Positions 29,005 through 39,256 of a DNA stretch of 64,000 bases are shown here, in pieces; the stretch's first letter is position 1; each line of letters starts with the position of its first letter. Where the stretch lies: IMG/VR virus record IMGVR_UViG_3300012983_000031, positions 1 through 64,000 of that record; one strand, 5' to 3'. A program made the position numbers and the translations under genes. This stretch comes from a virus (lineage: Duplodnaviria > Caudoviricetes). Below the pieces are notes generated by a model. It saw nothing but the letters and a program-made list of their open reading frames with translations, made no database searches and had not been told where the DNA came from.

Positions 29005-32000
29005 TTACGCAGTAGCCGCTCCACTTAAAGAATAAGATCCAGATTGGAAGCTTCTTGCTATTTTAACAACAGATCTGCATGCACCATCCAAGTCAACAAG
29101 GAAATCTGTAATATTTTCAGCATCAGTAGTATTCATAACTGAATCACAAATATCGTTAACATCTTTAATTTTTCCAAATGTCGTATTCATCCAATCAACA
29201 TCTCCATTTGTAATGATTGTATTTGCAAACTCAATAACTTTATTCAATTGATTTGAAATTCTTCGAACCATGTCGCCCTTTGTTGCAAAATGATCAATAG
29301 CGTCATCAGATGCTTTATTGAAATCAACATAATTAACAACATTTAATACGTTTTGCGCATTTGCTGAAAGTTTATCGAAAACATCTTTATAATTCTTTTT
29401 TACAGCATCAGACTTATCATGTGATTCCGAATCCTGCTGAACCACCTTCTTATTCTTATTATAATCGCTAAGTCTGTTCACCTTTTTCTGCACAATCTTT
29501 GCATATGTTTCAGATTTACCAGCAAGTGTACGATACAATTCACCAAACTTCCTAATGATTTTAATCATATCATTTGCATTTTCAATTATTTGGTTTTCAT
29601 CGCTTTGTGAAGGATCCATTATTTCTCCAAGATAATCAACAATAGATGTTGCATTTTCAATTATAATATCAACAACATCAGGTTTTTCATCAACGACATT
29701 GGAATTATTTCTGATATAAGCCTTGATCAAATCTGTGTAATTAATTATATTATCAACACACTCGTCAAATTTCTTAAGTTCAGCATTAACATTAGTATAA
29801 CCTTTTTTATCAAGAGCATCCTTATATACATTCTTTGCGTCTTTGAACATATCTTTATTATCAACGATATAATTAACAATATTATTAATATCATCATATC
29901 TATCGACTTTCTTAGCGACATTCTTGGATTCACCTGTACCTAAAATATCAGCCCTTTCACGTTCCCCCGTCTCTCTGTTATACTTATAATCCTTGATTGT
30001 TGAATACATTCCAGATTTATATATATCACGAGTGACAGTTTTGTTTATCCTATCCAACACCTCATCGTTAACATCAACACGAATATCATATTCTTTTTCA
30101 CATTTATCTGGGAACATCATAAGAACATCGAAAGGATTAGAGTGATCATATTTTGCACCGCCCTGTCCGCGTTCCTTTCCCTTAAATGACAACGTTTTCA
30201 ACGATGTTTTTATCAATTCAACATCCTTAACATTGTTTATCATTTCCAATAAAGTTTCACGATCCGCATCAATAATTTCATCGATATCAAATTTTGAATA
30301 GTCATCTACACCTCTCAAAGACGATCCAACAAGCAACGCCTTTATAAAATTATCAGAGAAGCAATCAAACACGTCCTTTTGATTTGAAGTGTTAAAATAT
30401 GCATGATTAAAATCGTCCTTTCTCTTTGGTTGAGAAGTAACAGACTGATCAAAATTAACGGTATCAACCTTTCCATATGTTGTGTAAATTTTATAAACAG
30501 CCCCATTTGAACTCTTTATATTATTTCCATAAAGATATCTCACAAGCCTGTCAAATATTTCTTCATCGGATGTTGCGTTCTCTGTAAACTGTGGTGCGAG
30601 CAGATCGTTTTTAAATGAATAATCGACAGCTTTAGCGTAACCAGCAAGCTTAGACATCATAAAATACAGAACATGCAGAGCTGCGCCTTCTACTGTTGCA
30701 TTCCGTCCTCTGCCATGAACAAGTGAGAATTTCTCTGGCAAGTTCTCTGGTTTCACGCCAACGCTATTCAAGAAATTAACAGTTTGCATAATGATGTTAA
30801 ATCTATCATCAACCTCTTTTTGGATTTCTTTTGGATCGGTAATTGCGTTTCCATCAGAATCACTCATATATACAATTGTTGGCTTTTTGCCTTTCTTAGA
30901 TTGTGCATAAACCGCACTAATAACATCATCAGATGTTGTAAATATGCGAATTCCTGCATAATCTAGCTGATTTATATTGTCTTTATTCTTTGCAAAATAA
31001 TTGCTATCCTTTGCAGCGAGACGAATCTGACTAACATCCGTAATAACAGTAATGTCATCATCTGATAATTCACCCCAATTAATTTCTATAAGAGGATCGA
31101 TAACATCAAAGAAAACATTTCTGTTTTTACGATAAAGTTCGGTAGAAGAAAGATAATCCTTATCCGTTATCTTGCTTCCAGACTGCGGCTTTGATCGTCT
31201 TGGAAAAATACTACTTAATTTATGAGGAAGAGCCATTTCATTAATGAACGATTCACTAAGAGCAACTCTATTCTTAATTATCTCATTTACACTTTCATCA
31301 TTTCTCTGTGTCATTGTGAATATGGATTTTGGTTTATTATCTTCATCATCAACAAAACCGATAGTTCTCTTAATCGATTTAATATAATCATTTTGCTCAT
31401 CTTTCTTAATATATCGACTCATAGGATAACTAACATTAATAGATACCCTTCCAGATACAGCTTCTGGTGCATTTTTAAATGTTCTCATGTTTGGAAGATT
31501 AAACATATTCAAATTTCCGCCAATTTCCTTTGGAAAGTTATCTGGGAATCCAGTAAATGTTCTATTGCTTCTAATTGAAACATCCCCAAACACCTGATCA
31601 ATATCCATAACGGAACAAGCATCACATAAATTCTGAATATTTTCATTATTTATATTCATATGCAAAATAACATGAGCATCTTCTGTTACATAATATGAAT
31701 CATCTGTATTCATTACAGCTGTATACTCTTTAACCATCTTACAATATGGAAAGAATTTTTCAAGATTTGCTACAAGTTCTGGAAGAACTTTTTCGAGTTG
31801 ACCTATCGCTCTGGCTCCCTGGATTTCACTCTTTCTTAGTCTATCATTTTTCTCTTCTTCAGAACGTTGAGAAGAATCCATCTGCGACTGCTGCTGTTTT
31901 TGTTTAATTTTATTTAATCCACCAAGAGCTTCATTTAAATTCAACCTTTTTTGCTTATTAATATTCATTGATTCATCTAATATTTGTTTTTTAAATGCAT

Positions 32001-34077
32001 TAACAGTAATTTCATAATGTCTGGAATATTTCGACACTAAGGTATCCATTTCTTCAGTAACCTCCTTTAAATACATATCGCTGTAATCATTATAAATTAC
32101 ATAAAGCATATGCTCAAGGGTATTCTTGCCAAGTTTATTAGCAAAAGGTTTAATGTTACCAGAATACTCCATACCAGAAACATCTGTAATAATTATAATT
32201 GCATTGATATCATATCTTAAATCATCATCTTCAACATAATTTTCAACAATATGCTTATATACATCATGAATATTTGTTCCACCGCCTGTAGATGCACCTT
32301 CTATACCCCATTCTTCATCGCTCACAACATAAGAATCAACATCAAAATGTTCATTATATACACCATCATCGAACAAATGTATATCAACGGTGTTAAAATG
32401 ACAATCTTGCATGATTTTTTCTATTTCTCCAATCATTATTGGAATAAGTTGTGTCTGTGAATTATTTATAGAGCCAGAAGTATCAATATAAACAACGCAT
32501 TTATTATAATCACTATATGATCTAACCCTATGCTTCAATCCTATTCCAGTTCTTTGATAAACATTCTTTCTAAGAGGACCCTTTTCATATGTATGAGATC
32601 TCTCTGAAATAAATTCCTGAAGAGCTTTCTTCCAATCTATAATACCTTCACGGCTCCTTCTAATACGACCTTGTATTTTATCCCTCATTGTATTAGCGGA
32701 AGACACAAGTTCTTTATCATCTTGCGGAGATGGCTTAAATATATCATTAATTATTGGAAATGCCTCTCTTATCATTGCATCCTCACTTTCACTCATACCC
32801 CAATCTGGATCTTTTGGATTGATTCCACGTTCTTTACGAATTTCATCACCAACATTTTGATCAATAACATGGGCACCTGTAAATAATTCATCCGTATCTA
32901 TAGATCCATTACGCATAATAATTACATCATCTGGAACATAAACATCTTTTACACTATCTTGCTTGTCTGTTAATTGATCAGTTGATGTACCAAAAAACAA
33001 ATCATGAATTTTATTTACACGCTTATCATCATCCAACGAAACATCATCAATAATATTAGCAATATCATCATCAAGAGATTCATTGACACTTTCAATTATT
33101 TTCATAACATCAAGATTATCAGGAAGTTCAACTTGATCTCTCATAATTGGGGCTAAACCACCATGATCGTACATTTCTTGTGCATATTTTTTTCCAAGAA
33201 TATATCCGATAGAATATTCATCAAGTTGAGGCATATTAGCATTCTGACCCTGCTGACCCTGCTGACCCTGCTGACCCTGCTGACCCTGCTGTCCTTGCTG
33301 TCCTTGCTGTCCTTGCTGACCCTGCTGACCCTGCTGACCCTGCTGTCCCTGCTGACCCTGCTGTCCTTGCTGACCCTGCTGTCCTTGCTGACCCTGCTGA
33401 CCTTGCTGACCCTGCTGTCCTTGCTGTCCTTGCTGTCCTTGCTGACCCTGCTGACCTTGCTGACCCTGCTGACCCTGCTGACCCTGCTGTCCCTGCTGTC
33501 CTTGCTGACCCTGCTGACCCTGCTGTCCCTGCTGTCCTTGCTGACCCTGCTGACCCTGCTGTCCTTGCTGACCCTGCTGTCCTTGCTGACCCTGCTGACC
33601 CTGCTGTCCTTGCTGACCCTGCTGTCCTTGCTGACCCTGCTGTCCTTGCTGACCCTGCTGACCTTGCTGACCCTGCTGACCCTGCTGACCCTGCTGACCC
33701 TGCTGTCCTTGCTGACCCTGCTGTCCTTGCTGACCCTGCTGACCATGCTGTCCTTGCTGACCTTGCTGACCCTGCTGATTTTTTAAATCATTATGCTTCG
33801 CGCTATGAACATTTTGTCCACTAGCATTTTGATCTAACTCACCTTGCTGGTTAGTTTGTCCTTGATGATTTCCAGAACCACCATCTAAATTATCATCACC
33901 ATCAGATGATGAACCATAAACTCCGTTTCCAGCACCACCAGCATCTTTCTTCTCAGAATCTGTTATACCAGAATTTGTAGAGTTATAAAGATCCTTAATC
34001 TTTTTAATTTTCTCTTGTTTTGTAAGAGTTTTATCTTTTAACAACCGATTTATCTCAGTCTTTACATCATAACGCAT
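29005..34077 (-). CDS. Giant vWA-domain protein with QQG low-complexity tract
   Basis: IDWKKALQEF, MIDAS VYIDTSGSI, GGGTN, IIIITD; 59 QQG units; long uncharacterised C-terminal region. Confidence 0.88.
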   Translation of the reverse strand: MRYDVKTEINRLLKDKTLTKQEKIKKIKDLYNSTNSGITDSEKKDAGGAGNGVYGSSSDGDDNLDGGSGNHQGQTNQQGELDQNASGQNVHSAKHNDLKNQQGQQGQQGQHGQQGQQGQQGQQGQQGQQGQQGQQGQQGQQGQQGQQGQQGQQGQQGQQGQQGQQGQQGQQGQQGQQGQQGQQGQQGQQGQQGQQGQQGQQGQQGQQGQQGQQGQQGQQGQQGQQGQQGQQGQQGQQGQQGQQGQQGQQGQQGQQGQQGQQGQQGQQGQQGQQGQQGQNANMPQLDEYSIGYILGKKYAQEMYDHGGLAPIMRDQVELPDNLDVMKIIESVNESLDDDIANIIDDVSLDDDKRVNKIHDLFFGTSTDQLTDKQDSVKDVYVPDDVIIMRNGSIDTDELFTGAHVIDQNVGDEIRKERGINPKDPDWGMSESEDAMIREAFPIINDIFKPSPQDDKELVSSANTMRDKIQGRIRRSREGIIDWKKALQEFISERSHTYEKGPLRKNVYQRTGIGLKHRVRSYSDYNKCVVYIDTSGSINNSQTQLIPIMIGEIEKIMQDCHFNTVDIHLFDDGVYNEHFDVDSYVVSDEEWGIEGASTGGGTNIHDVYKHIVENYVEDDDLRYDINAIIIITDVSGMEYSGNIKPFANKLGKNTLEHMLYVIYNDYSDMYLKEVTEEMDTLVSKYSRHYEITVNAFKKQILDESMNINKQKRLNLNEALGGLNKIKQKQQQSQMDSSQRSEEEKNDRLRKSEIQGARAIGQLEKVLPELVANLEKFFPYCKMVKEYTAVMNTDDSYYVTEDAHVILHMNINNENIQNLCDACSVMDIDQVFGDVSIRSNRTFTGFPDNFPKEIGGNLNMFNLPNMRTFKNAPEAVSGRVSINVSYPMSRYIKKDEQNDYIKSIKRTIGFVDDEDNKPKSIFTMTQRNDESVNEIIKNRVALSESFINEMALPHKLSSIFPRRSKPQSGSKITDKDYLSSTELYRKNRNVFFDVIDPLIEINWGELSDDDITVITDVSQIRLAAKDSNYFAKNKDNINQLDYAGIRIFTTSDDVISAVYAQSKKGKKPTIVYMSDSDGNAITDPKEIQKEVDDRFNIIMQTVNFLNSVGVKPENLPEKFSLVHGRGRNATVEGAALHVLYFMMSKLAGYAKAVDYSFKNDLLAPQFTENATSDEEIFDRLVRYLYGNNIKSSNGAVYKIYTTYGKVDTVNFDQSVTSQPKRKDDFNHAYFNTSNQKDVFDCFSDNFIKALLVGSSLRGVDDYSKFDIDEIIDADRETLLEMINNVKDVELIKTSLKTLSFKGKERGQGGAKYDHSNPFDVLMMFPDKCEKEYDIRVDVNDEVLDRINKTVTRDIYKSGMYSTIKDYKYNRETGERERADILGTGESKNVAKKVDRYDDINNIVNYIVDNKDMFKDAKNVYKDALDKKGYTNVNAELKKFDECVDNIINYTDLIKAYIRNNSNVVDEKPDVVDIIIENATSIVDYLGEIMDPSQSDENQIIENANDMIKIIRKFGELYRTLAGKSETYAKIVQKKVNRLSDYNKNKKVVQQDSESHDKSDAVKKNYKDVFDKLSANAQNVLNVVNYVDFNKASDDAIDHFATKGDMVRRISNQLNKVIEFANTIITNGDVDWMNTTFGKIKDVNDICDSVMNTTDAENITDFLVDLDGACRSVVKIARSFQSGSYSLSGAATA
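33247..33777 (-). repeat. 59 tandem 9-bp units encoding (Gln-Gln-Gly)n
   Basis: CAG CAR GGW units (one QHG), 531 bp. Confidence 0.97.
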
Positions 34078-34763
34078 TTTTCAACAAGACTTTCTTTTCG
34101 TAATTGATTAATAACTTCTGCAAAACCATCTGAAAAACCACGTTTCCATTCATCTGATGTCTTTGCAAGCTTTTTCTTGCGAACGATTTTTGGAATCTTA
34201 TCGTATATTTCTTCCCATGTCAACCCTTTTTTTCCATAATCATCATTATAACATCCATCGATAGCATTAGTAACACCCTTAAACGGAGAGTTTCCAGGAC
34301 CTTGTCTTAAAAAATTCTCAATTGTATAATTTATTTCATAATCCTGAGCCATATTAACTTTTTCAGAATCAGAATATTTATCAAGGCTTTCAGAATGTTT
34401 ATTACAATGATCAAACAAAATATGAAGTGCCTCATGAATAAGAACAAATTCCAAATATAACGGTCCTTTTTCCTCATCTTTATTGATTAAATATTCAGCA
34501 AACGCTGGATTAATAAAAATAGAAACACCATCAGTTGCCATTGTTGGAACATATGGACTATCTGTGTACACAATATCTTTATGCTTCATTATTCTTTCAA
34601 CGCTTGGAAAATATTGAGCAAGATCTTGCATAACGGCTTCAACTACCATAACAACAGTATCTATATCAACAACTGTACCGTCACTTTTTACCCAAATAGG
34701 ATTTCCAGTCTGAGATTCATTCAGACTGGAACCACATTTAGATTTATATTTAAGTATTAACAT
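34062..34763 (-). CDS. Zincin-like metallopeptidase (DUF2201 N-terminal type); start ATG 34763
   Basis: PTMATDG, LIHEALHILFDH (HExxH), NMAQDYEIN. Confidence 0.85.
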   Translation of the reverse strand: MLILKYKSKCGSSLNESQTGNPIWVKSDGTVVDIDTVVMVVEAVMQDLAQYFPSVERIMKHKDIVYTDSPYVPTMATDGVSIFINPAFAEYLINKDEEKGPLYLEFVLIHEALHILFDHCNKHSESLDKYSDSEKVNMAQDYEINYTIENFLRQGPGNSPFKGVTNAIDGCYNDDYGKKGLTWEEIYDKIPKIVRKKKLAKTSDEWKRGFSDGFAEVINQLRKESLVEKCVMM

Positions 34764-34767
34764 GTCA

Positions 34768-36786
34768 TCAAACCAATTCGTTTTTAGCAATAACATCTTC
34801 TTTATAGTTTGCTGCGTCAGCATAAGGTCCAGTTGTTGACTTCAAATCAACCCCAAACTCAAACCCGAACATTGTGCTTAAGGTTTTAAACCTATTTAAA
34901 TTAAATTGTCCAGAATCATAACAGCAAGCTTCCAAAAATTTCATAAAGTTAACAGCGGCATCTGGTGAAACCTTATCCTTTAACCCACCAGGATAATATT
35001 CCTTTAACAATGGAAATATATGTTTTGTAAAATATTCCTCAATGTTAGACGAATTCAATTTCTGCTGTTTTATAATTTCATATTTTGTATTATCACCCTT
35101 TGTCCATACATTAATTGCATCTTCTGGTTTGAATAAAGCAAATTGCGAAACAAATTGAGCAAAACGTTTTGCAACATCTCCACCAACAATACCAGAAGCA
35201 ATTTCTGCTAATGTCTTTGTTGGCATAGAAGAAATTGTTGAATATTTTTTTCCAAATTCATTTTCAAGACACTGATCAATAAGAGTTTCTGACAAAGCTT
35301 CCCAAGTACGAGGGTTAGCCGTTCCTTTCTCTCCATTTAATTCACCTGTTGGGTGTGTCCACATTTCATAAAAGTCTCCATAATTTTGAGGATCCCTTTT
35401 AATTTCACTTTCAATATAAGAAACTATATCGCTTAAAACATTTTTTCTTCCGCGTCTATGATTTGATTCCTGTCTTGCCCATTCTATCCAATCTTTTGGA
35501 TCTGGAACAAAATTACAATGGTTAAAACGAGTCTTTGATGCACCTTCAAATGACAATGCTTCCGCACCACCTCTACGACTCATATCTGATTTACGGTTTG
35601 CTGCACAAACAATAACCCATCGATCACCAAACTTTAATGTCGAATTTGAGCCAATTTCTCGTGTTGTTGGAGCTTGCATAAGAGCATCCATACCAGCTTG
35701 TGTCATACGAGAATATTCATCGATAAAGAAAATACCACCAGGACCGTTTTCTATAATATCATTTCCATTCTCATCTCTTACAAGTCCACCGCCGTTGGCT
35801 ATAGCATTCAAAAGTGCAGGATCTGCTTCCTCACTCTGCGGATTATAAACAGGCAACCAATTTTTTGGAAGATCCTTTATTGTTGTTTGTGTTGCGCCTT
35901 TAAAATCATCATTATCAGCATCCTCTATATCATTTGCCTTAAGTGTTCTAACAATCGTCGCTGGCATTGTGAAATCATCTGGTCCAACATTTCCTCCATT
36001 AATTGATATAATATTAATTGATTTTCCTGTTGTTTTCTGAACAACGCTTCTCAATGAACGAATAATAGATGTTTTTCCAATACCTGGAGCTCCCCATATA
36101 AACAACGGAAGTCCATTTGGTTTATTACCTTTATATCTACTCATGTATTCATTTCCGAGATAATTAACGATTTGTTCTGTTGTCCAATTGCAAAATGTTC
36201 CTTTTAAACTGATTTTTTCATTCTTTGCAAGGAAAGAATTCTCATCTTCAAATATAGCATCAATCAAGCTTGATGAAGTTTTTTCAGATTCATTTACATC
36301 ATCACCAAACTGAACAGCACCTTCATATGTGCCTGTAAATTCATAATTTTCAACAGCTTCTGGCTCAATTCCCAATTCATTACAAAGTTCTACAGTATCA
36401 CTTCCAGGAACATAATTCACACATGTTGTGTTTTTTGCACCCTCCATTGCATTAATAGGATGACTCGCTTCCAAAACATTTCCATCTTGATTCTTAAAAA
36501 ATACAAAATTTTCTGCTGTAAAAACATCAACAAAAAACTTCTTAACCTTTTCAGCAACATCCTTAACTTTACTTATAAATCTTTGTCCGTACTTGTTAAC
36601 ATTTTTTGCAGCATCCCTAACATAATCCAAAACACCTTCATCAATGTTGTCAAGATTGCTCACACGATTCTTTGGTACATTCTGAATAACACCGTTGTTA
36701 AAACGAACTATATAATCACCAGCGCTTTCGTTAAGAACCTCGCAATTAACTTTGTGATTACTATTTTTTAATTTATATTTTGCCAT
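34768..36786 (-). CDS. MoxR/dynein-related AAA+ ATPase with N-terminal extension
   Basis: WGAPGIGKT, FFIDE, CAANR, TRFNH, NPRTWE. Confidence 0.88.
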   Translation of the reverse strand: MAKYKLKNSNHKVNCEVLNESAGDYIVRFNNGVIQNVPKNRVSNLDNIDEGVLDYVRDAAKNVNKYGQRFISKVKDVAEKVKKFFVDVFTAENFVFFKNQDGNVLEASHPINAMEGAKNTTCVNYVPGSDTVELCNELGIEPEAVENYEFTGTYEGAVQFGDDVNESEKTSSSLIDAIFEDENSFLAKNEKISLKGTFCNWTTEQIVNYLGNEYMSRYKGNKPNGLPLFIWGAPGIGKTSIIRSLRSVVQKTTGKSINIISINGGNVGPDDFTMPATIVRTLKANDIEDADNDDFKGATQTTIKDLPKNWLPVYNPQSEEADPALLNAIANGGGLVRDENGNDIIENGPGGIFFIDEYSRMTQAGMDALMQAPTTREIGSNSTLKFGDRWVIVCAANRKSDMSRRGGAEALSFEGASKTRFNHCNFVPDPKDWIEWARQESNHRRGRKNVLSDIVSYIESEIKRDPQNYGDFYEMWTHPTGELNGEKGTANPRTWEALSETLIDQCLENEFGKKYSTISSMPTKTLAEIASGIVGGDVAKRFAQFVSQFALFKPEDAINVWTKGDNTKYEIIKQQKLNSSNIEEYFTKHIFPLLKEYYPGGLKDKVSPDAAVNFMKFLEACCYDSGQFNLNRFKTLSTMFGFEFGVDLKSTTGPYADAANYKEDVIAKNELV

Positions 36787-36816
36787 TTTTATATATTTTA
36801 GTTTTATTTTTCAATT

Positions 36817-37641
36817 TTATGCGAACACCCACTTGAACAAGGCGTTACTTTTCATTAAACCTACAAGATTATCAATAAACATATCTTTTTCCTTTAATGA
36901 AAGTGACAGATGGCTCGCCGTAAGCAAATTGTAAACAAACGTCTTAAATTCATTTTCTTTATTGCCGCTATCCCATCCAATCTTATTCAAGTAAGCAACA
37001 ATGTTTCTTGCGAACGTCCTGCATCGCGTGTTATCAGGTGTATATGATAGATCATCAATCTGTTCAAAAGCAAGACATATTTCAGCGAACATCTCATCGG
37101 TCTTGTTGAGTACAGATTCAAACAGCTTCTTACTGAACCTTGCATTAATCTTTACCTGTTCATCTATACAATTAGGTGATATGTTTCCTCCGTTCGCCGC
37201 AATTTTCTGATTAATTCCCATAAGTTTTTGATCCAAGTTCTTTATATTCATCTGATATGTATTTTTTAACATAAGTTTTTTATTCAACAATGTGTTTATA
37301 AGCACATTGGACTGAATAATCTTATTCTTTGTTATATCAGCCTGTTCATCATTTTCTGGTGCGATGTCCTCCAAATCATTTCTTTGCTTTATAATTGCAG
37401 ACGTTTGATCGTTGACATATTTTAGATTTGTTTGATACTGTGTCTTCAGTTGCGTCTTTTTTGTCATAATATCAGATGCATCCTGTTGTAAATCTGTTAC
37501 ATCAGAACTATATGATCCAGATTGATCGCCATCTTCCTTATTTTGGATATCAGTCTTTATTTCCTGGCTTGCATTGGTATCTCCGTTGCCATCCTGGATT
37601 TCATCAGCTTCTTCTATTTTATCAATAAACTTAATTTTCAT
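36817..37641 (-). CDS. Coiled-coil hypothetical late protein (start ATG 37641)
   Basis: GATAAATA at 37668-37675; KIEEA and LFESV motifs. Confidence 0.75.
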   Translation of the reverse strand: MKIKFIDKIEEADEIQDGNGDTNASQEIKTDIQNKEDGDQSGSYSSDVTDLQQDASDIMTKKTQLKTQYQTNLKYVNDQTSAIIKQRNDLEDIAPENDEQADITKNKIIQSNVLINTLLNKKLMLKNTYQMNIKNLDQKLMGINQKIAANGGNISPNCIDEQVKINARFSKKLFESVLNKTDEMFAEICLAFEQIDDLSYTPDNTRCRTFARNIVAYLNKIGWDSGNKENEFKTFVYNLLTASHLSLSLKEKDMFIDNLVGLMKSNALFKWVFA

Positions 37642-37708
37642 ACAATATTCAAACAAACGCGTTTTCTTATTTATCTGAAAAATAAATAAAAGAAAAAGAG
37701 CAATTATC

Positions 37709-37849
37709 ATGCGAAAATGCCCGAACTGCCCAAAAAAGAAAGCTCCAGCTTCATCAAATTACAATTTAATCAATGAAAGCAGAAGCACGAAGATTACCTC
37801 AATATTGAACAATCCTAAAATGTCAGGTTCCAAATCAATCACATTATAA
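37709..37849 (+). CDS. Small 46-aa protein (not in ORF track)
   Basis: MRKCPNCPKKKAPASSNYNLINESRSTKITSILNNPKMSGSKSITL; AATAAATA at 37681; hairpin after the stop. Confidence 0.6.
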   Translation: MRKCPNCPKKKAPASSNYNLINESRSTKITSILNNPKMSGSKSITL

Positions 37850-37856
37850 TAATAAA

Positions 37857-37876
37857 CGCCGCATATTTTGCGGCGA
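37857..37876. terminator. Hairpin terminator between convergent genes
   Basis: CGCCGCA-tatttt-GCGGCG stem. Confidence 0.65.
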
Positions 37877-37899
37877 TTATTGTCTTTTTTCACCGCACA

Positions 37900-38259
37900 T
37901 CATGCGGTTACCTGTATGTCAGAAAGAAGAAACGATTTAAGTTGTCCGCTTGGTTCAAGCTTAAACACAAACTTATTTGAGTTTATCTCCAGCATAGGAA
38001 CCCCTTCATAAGTTTCCCCGTCCTTCTTAAATGTCAAGGAACCTCTGTCAACTTCCTTCACCTTAAGTTCATCTCGTAACGCCTTCAACAACGTTTGTGG
38101 TTTAACAGTTGATTCAACATTGTCGATTTCATCAAATTCAAAATCATCTGGATCGTCCAAATCGATGGTATGATTGTCTGGTTCCAAATCATCCATCATA
38201 TCCTCGTCTGTAATTTCATCTTCCTTATCGAAGTAATCATAGTCATACAAATTTCTCAT
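37900..38259 (-). CDS. Acidic hypothetical protein
   Basis: 119-aa ORF; AATAAATA variant at 38287-38294. Confidence 0.75.
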   Translation of the reverse strand: MRNLYDYDYFDKEDEITDEDMMDDLEPDNHTIDLDDPDDFEFDEIDNVESTVKPQTLLKALRDELKVKEVDRGSLTFKKDGETYEGVPMLEINSNKFVFKLEPSGQLKSFLLSDIQVTA

Positions 38260-38299
38260 TATGAACGTGAAAGCGTTTCTTTGGACTATTTATTTTCAA

Positions 38300-38695
38300 T
38301 CAATCGTTCAATTTTTTGAAATTTTTCTTTGACTCCTCCTGCGAAATGCCATAAATCTGTTCACTGAACAGTTTCTTATACTTTCCTTTCTTTGCGTTTC
38401 TATAGAATTCCTTGTATATTTCACGTCTTCTTTGACGATTAACAAGGATGTCCTGACTCTTGATATAATTCTGAAGAAGTATTTCAGCCTGATTTTTAGG
38501 ATCTGAAAAATATTTCTTTCTGTATTCAATATCATCCTCTGACATCACATCATTGTTTATTTCAACAAACGACATGTTGTCACTTTCGTCAAGAAGCGAT
38601 GGCGAGTCAATAAGAGAAGATGCAACTTCTTCATTAAACAATGTTTCATTTTTGTTTACTTCTTCCATCAATGATGGAATACCCATCTCTTGCAT
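38300..38695 (-). CDS. Hypothetical protein
   Basis: 131-aa ORF directly downstream of the sigma factor gene. Confidence 0.75.
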   Translation of the reverse strand: MQEMGIPSLMEEVNKNETLFNEEVASSLIDSPSLLDESDNMSFVEINNDVMSEDDIEYRKKYFSDPKNQAEILLQNYIKSQDILVNRQRRREIYKEFYRNAKKGKYKKLFSEQIYGISQEESKKNFKKLND

Positions 38696-38717
38696 AATTG
38701 TAATTGGTTTATTTTTA

Positions 38718-39164
38718 TTAAATGTTGTAAATATTATCTGACAAGGAAACCCTCATGCTTTGAGGAAGTTTCATATAACCTAGATTTCGCCATCCTTTCG
38801 CAAATCCGTTTCTGCATATTGAAGTTATATATGCAAATGCGTTCTGGGTAACATTCTCGTTAAAGTCTTTAAAATACTTAATACAATCCCCGACAGCTGT
38901 ATAAATACAATCTATTTTATCCTCTTCATTTGTGTATTTTAATTTGTTTGATAGTTTCGTTGCAATCTGAACAAACATTTTAGCGAGTTCATCGCTTGCC
39001 TTTCCGTCGTTTTCCCTTTTGCATCTCAATATTTCAGCAAGAAGAACCGAATTTTTTACATAATGCTGTTCTTCTGGAGTTCTTCCTACACTACTAAGTG
39101 TTTCATCTACAAATTCTTCCCCACGCTTCTGGCAGCGAAGCTTTTCCTGTAATTTTGTTGACAT
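38718..39164 (-). CDS. gp55: Late transcription sigma factor, T4 gp55-like
   Basis: HYVKNSVLLAEI...ELAKMFVQIATKLS...DCIKYFKDFN...NAFAYITSICRNGF. Confidence 0.85.
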   Translation of the reverse strand: MSTKLQEKLRCQKRGEEFVDETLSSVGRTPEEQHYVKNSVLLAEILRCKRENDGKASDELAKMFVQIATKLSNKLKYTNEEDKIDCIYTAVGDCIKYFKDFNENVTQNAFAYITSICRNGFAKGWRNLGYMKLPQSMRVSLSDNIYNI

Positions 39165-39188
39165 CGTAAAAGATCATTCCTTTACATT

Positions 39189-39220
39189 ATTATACTGAAA
39201 AAAATATAAAAAGATTAAAA
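39189..39220 (-). promoter_or_regulatory. Middle-type promoter TTTTAATC-N18-TATAAT upstream of gp55
   Basis: Exact bipartite motif with 18-nt spacer. Confidence 0.8.
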
Positions 39221-39222
39221 AA

Positions 39223-39249
39223 GAAGGTGGAAATTTTAATTCCACCTTC
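39223..39249 (-). terminator. Intrinsic terminator
   Basis: GAAGGTGGAA-N7-TTCCACCTTC with a T-run on the minus strand. Confidence 0.85.
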
Positions 39250-39256
39250 AAATTTC

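Noticed and set aside
33153-33786. ORFs 33153..33746 (SRVSKD repeats) and 33163..33786 (LLT/LLS repeats)
   Set aside because: Alternate-frame shadows of the QQG tract; variation is synonymous only in the QQG frame
34062-34090. Programmed frameshift joining the peptidase and vWA ORFs (16-nt overlap)
   Set aside because: No canonical slippery heptamer; the vWA ORF has its own ATG with a TGA two codons upstream; translational coupling is sufficient
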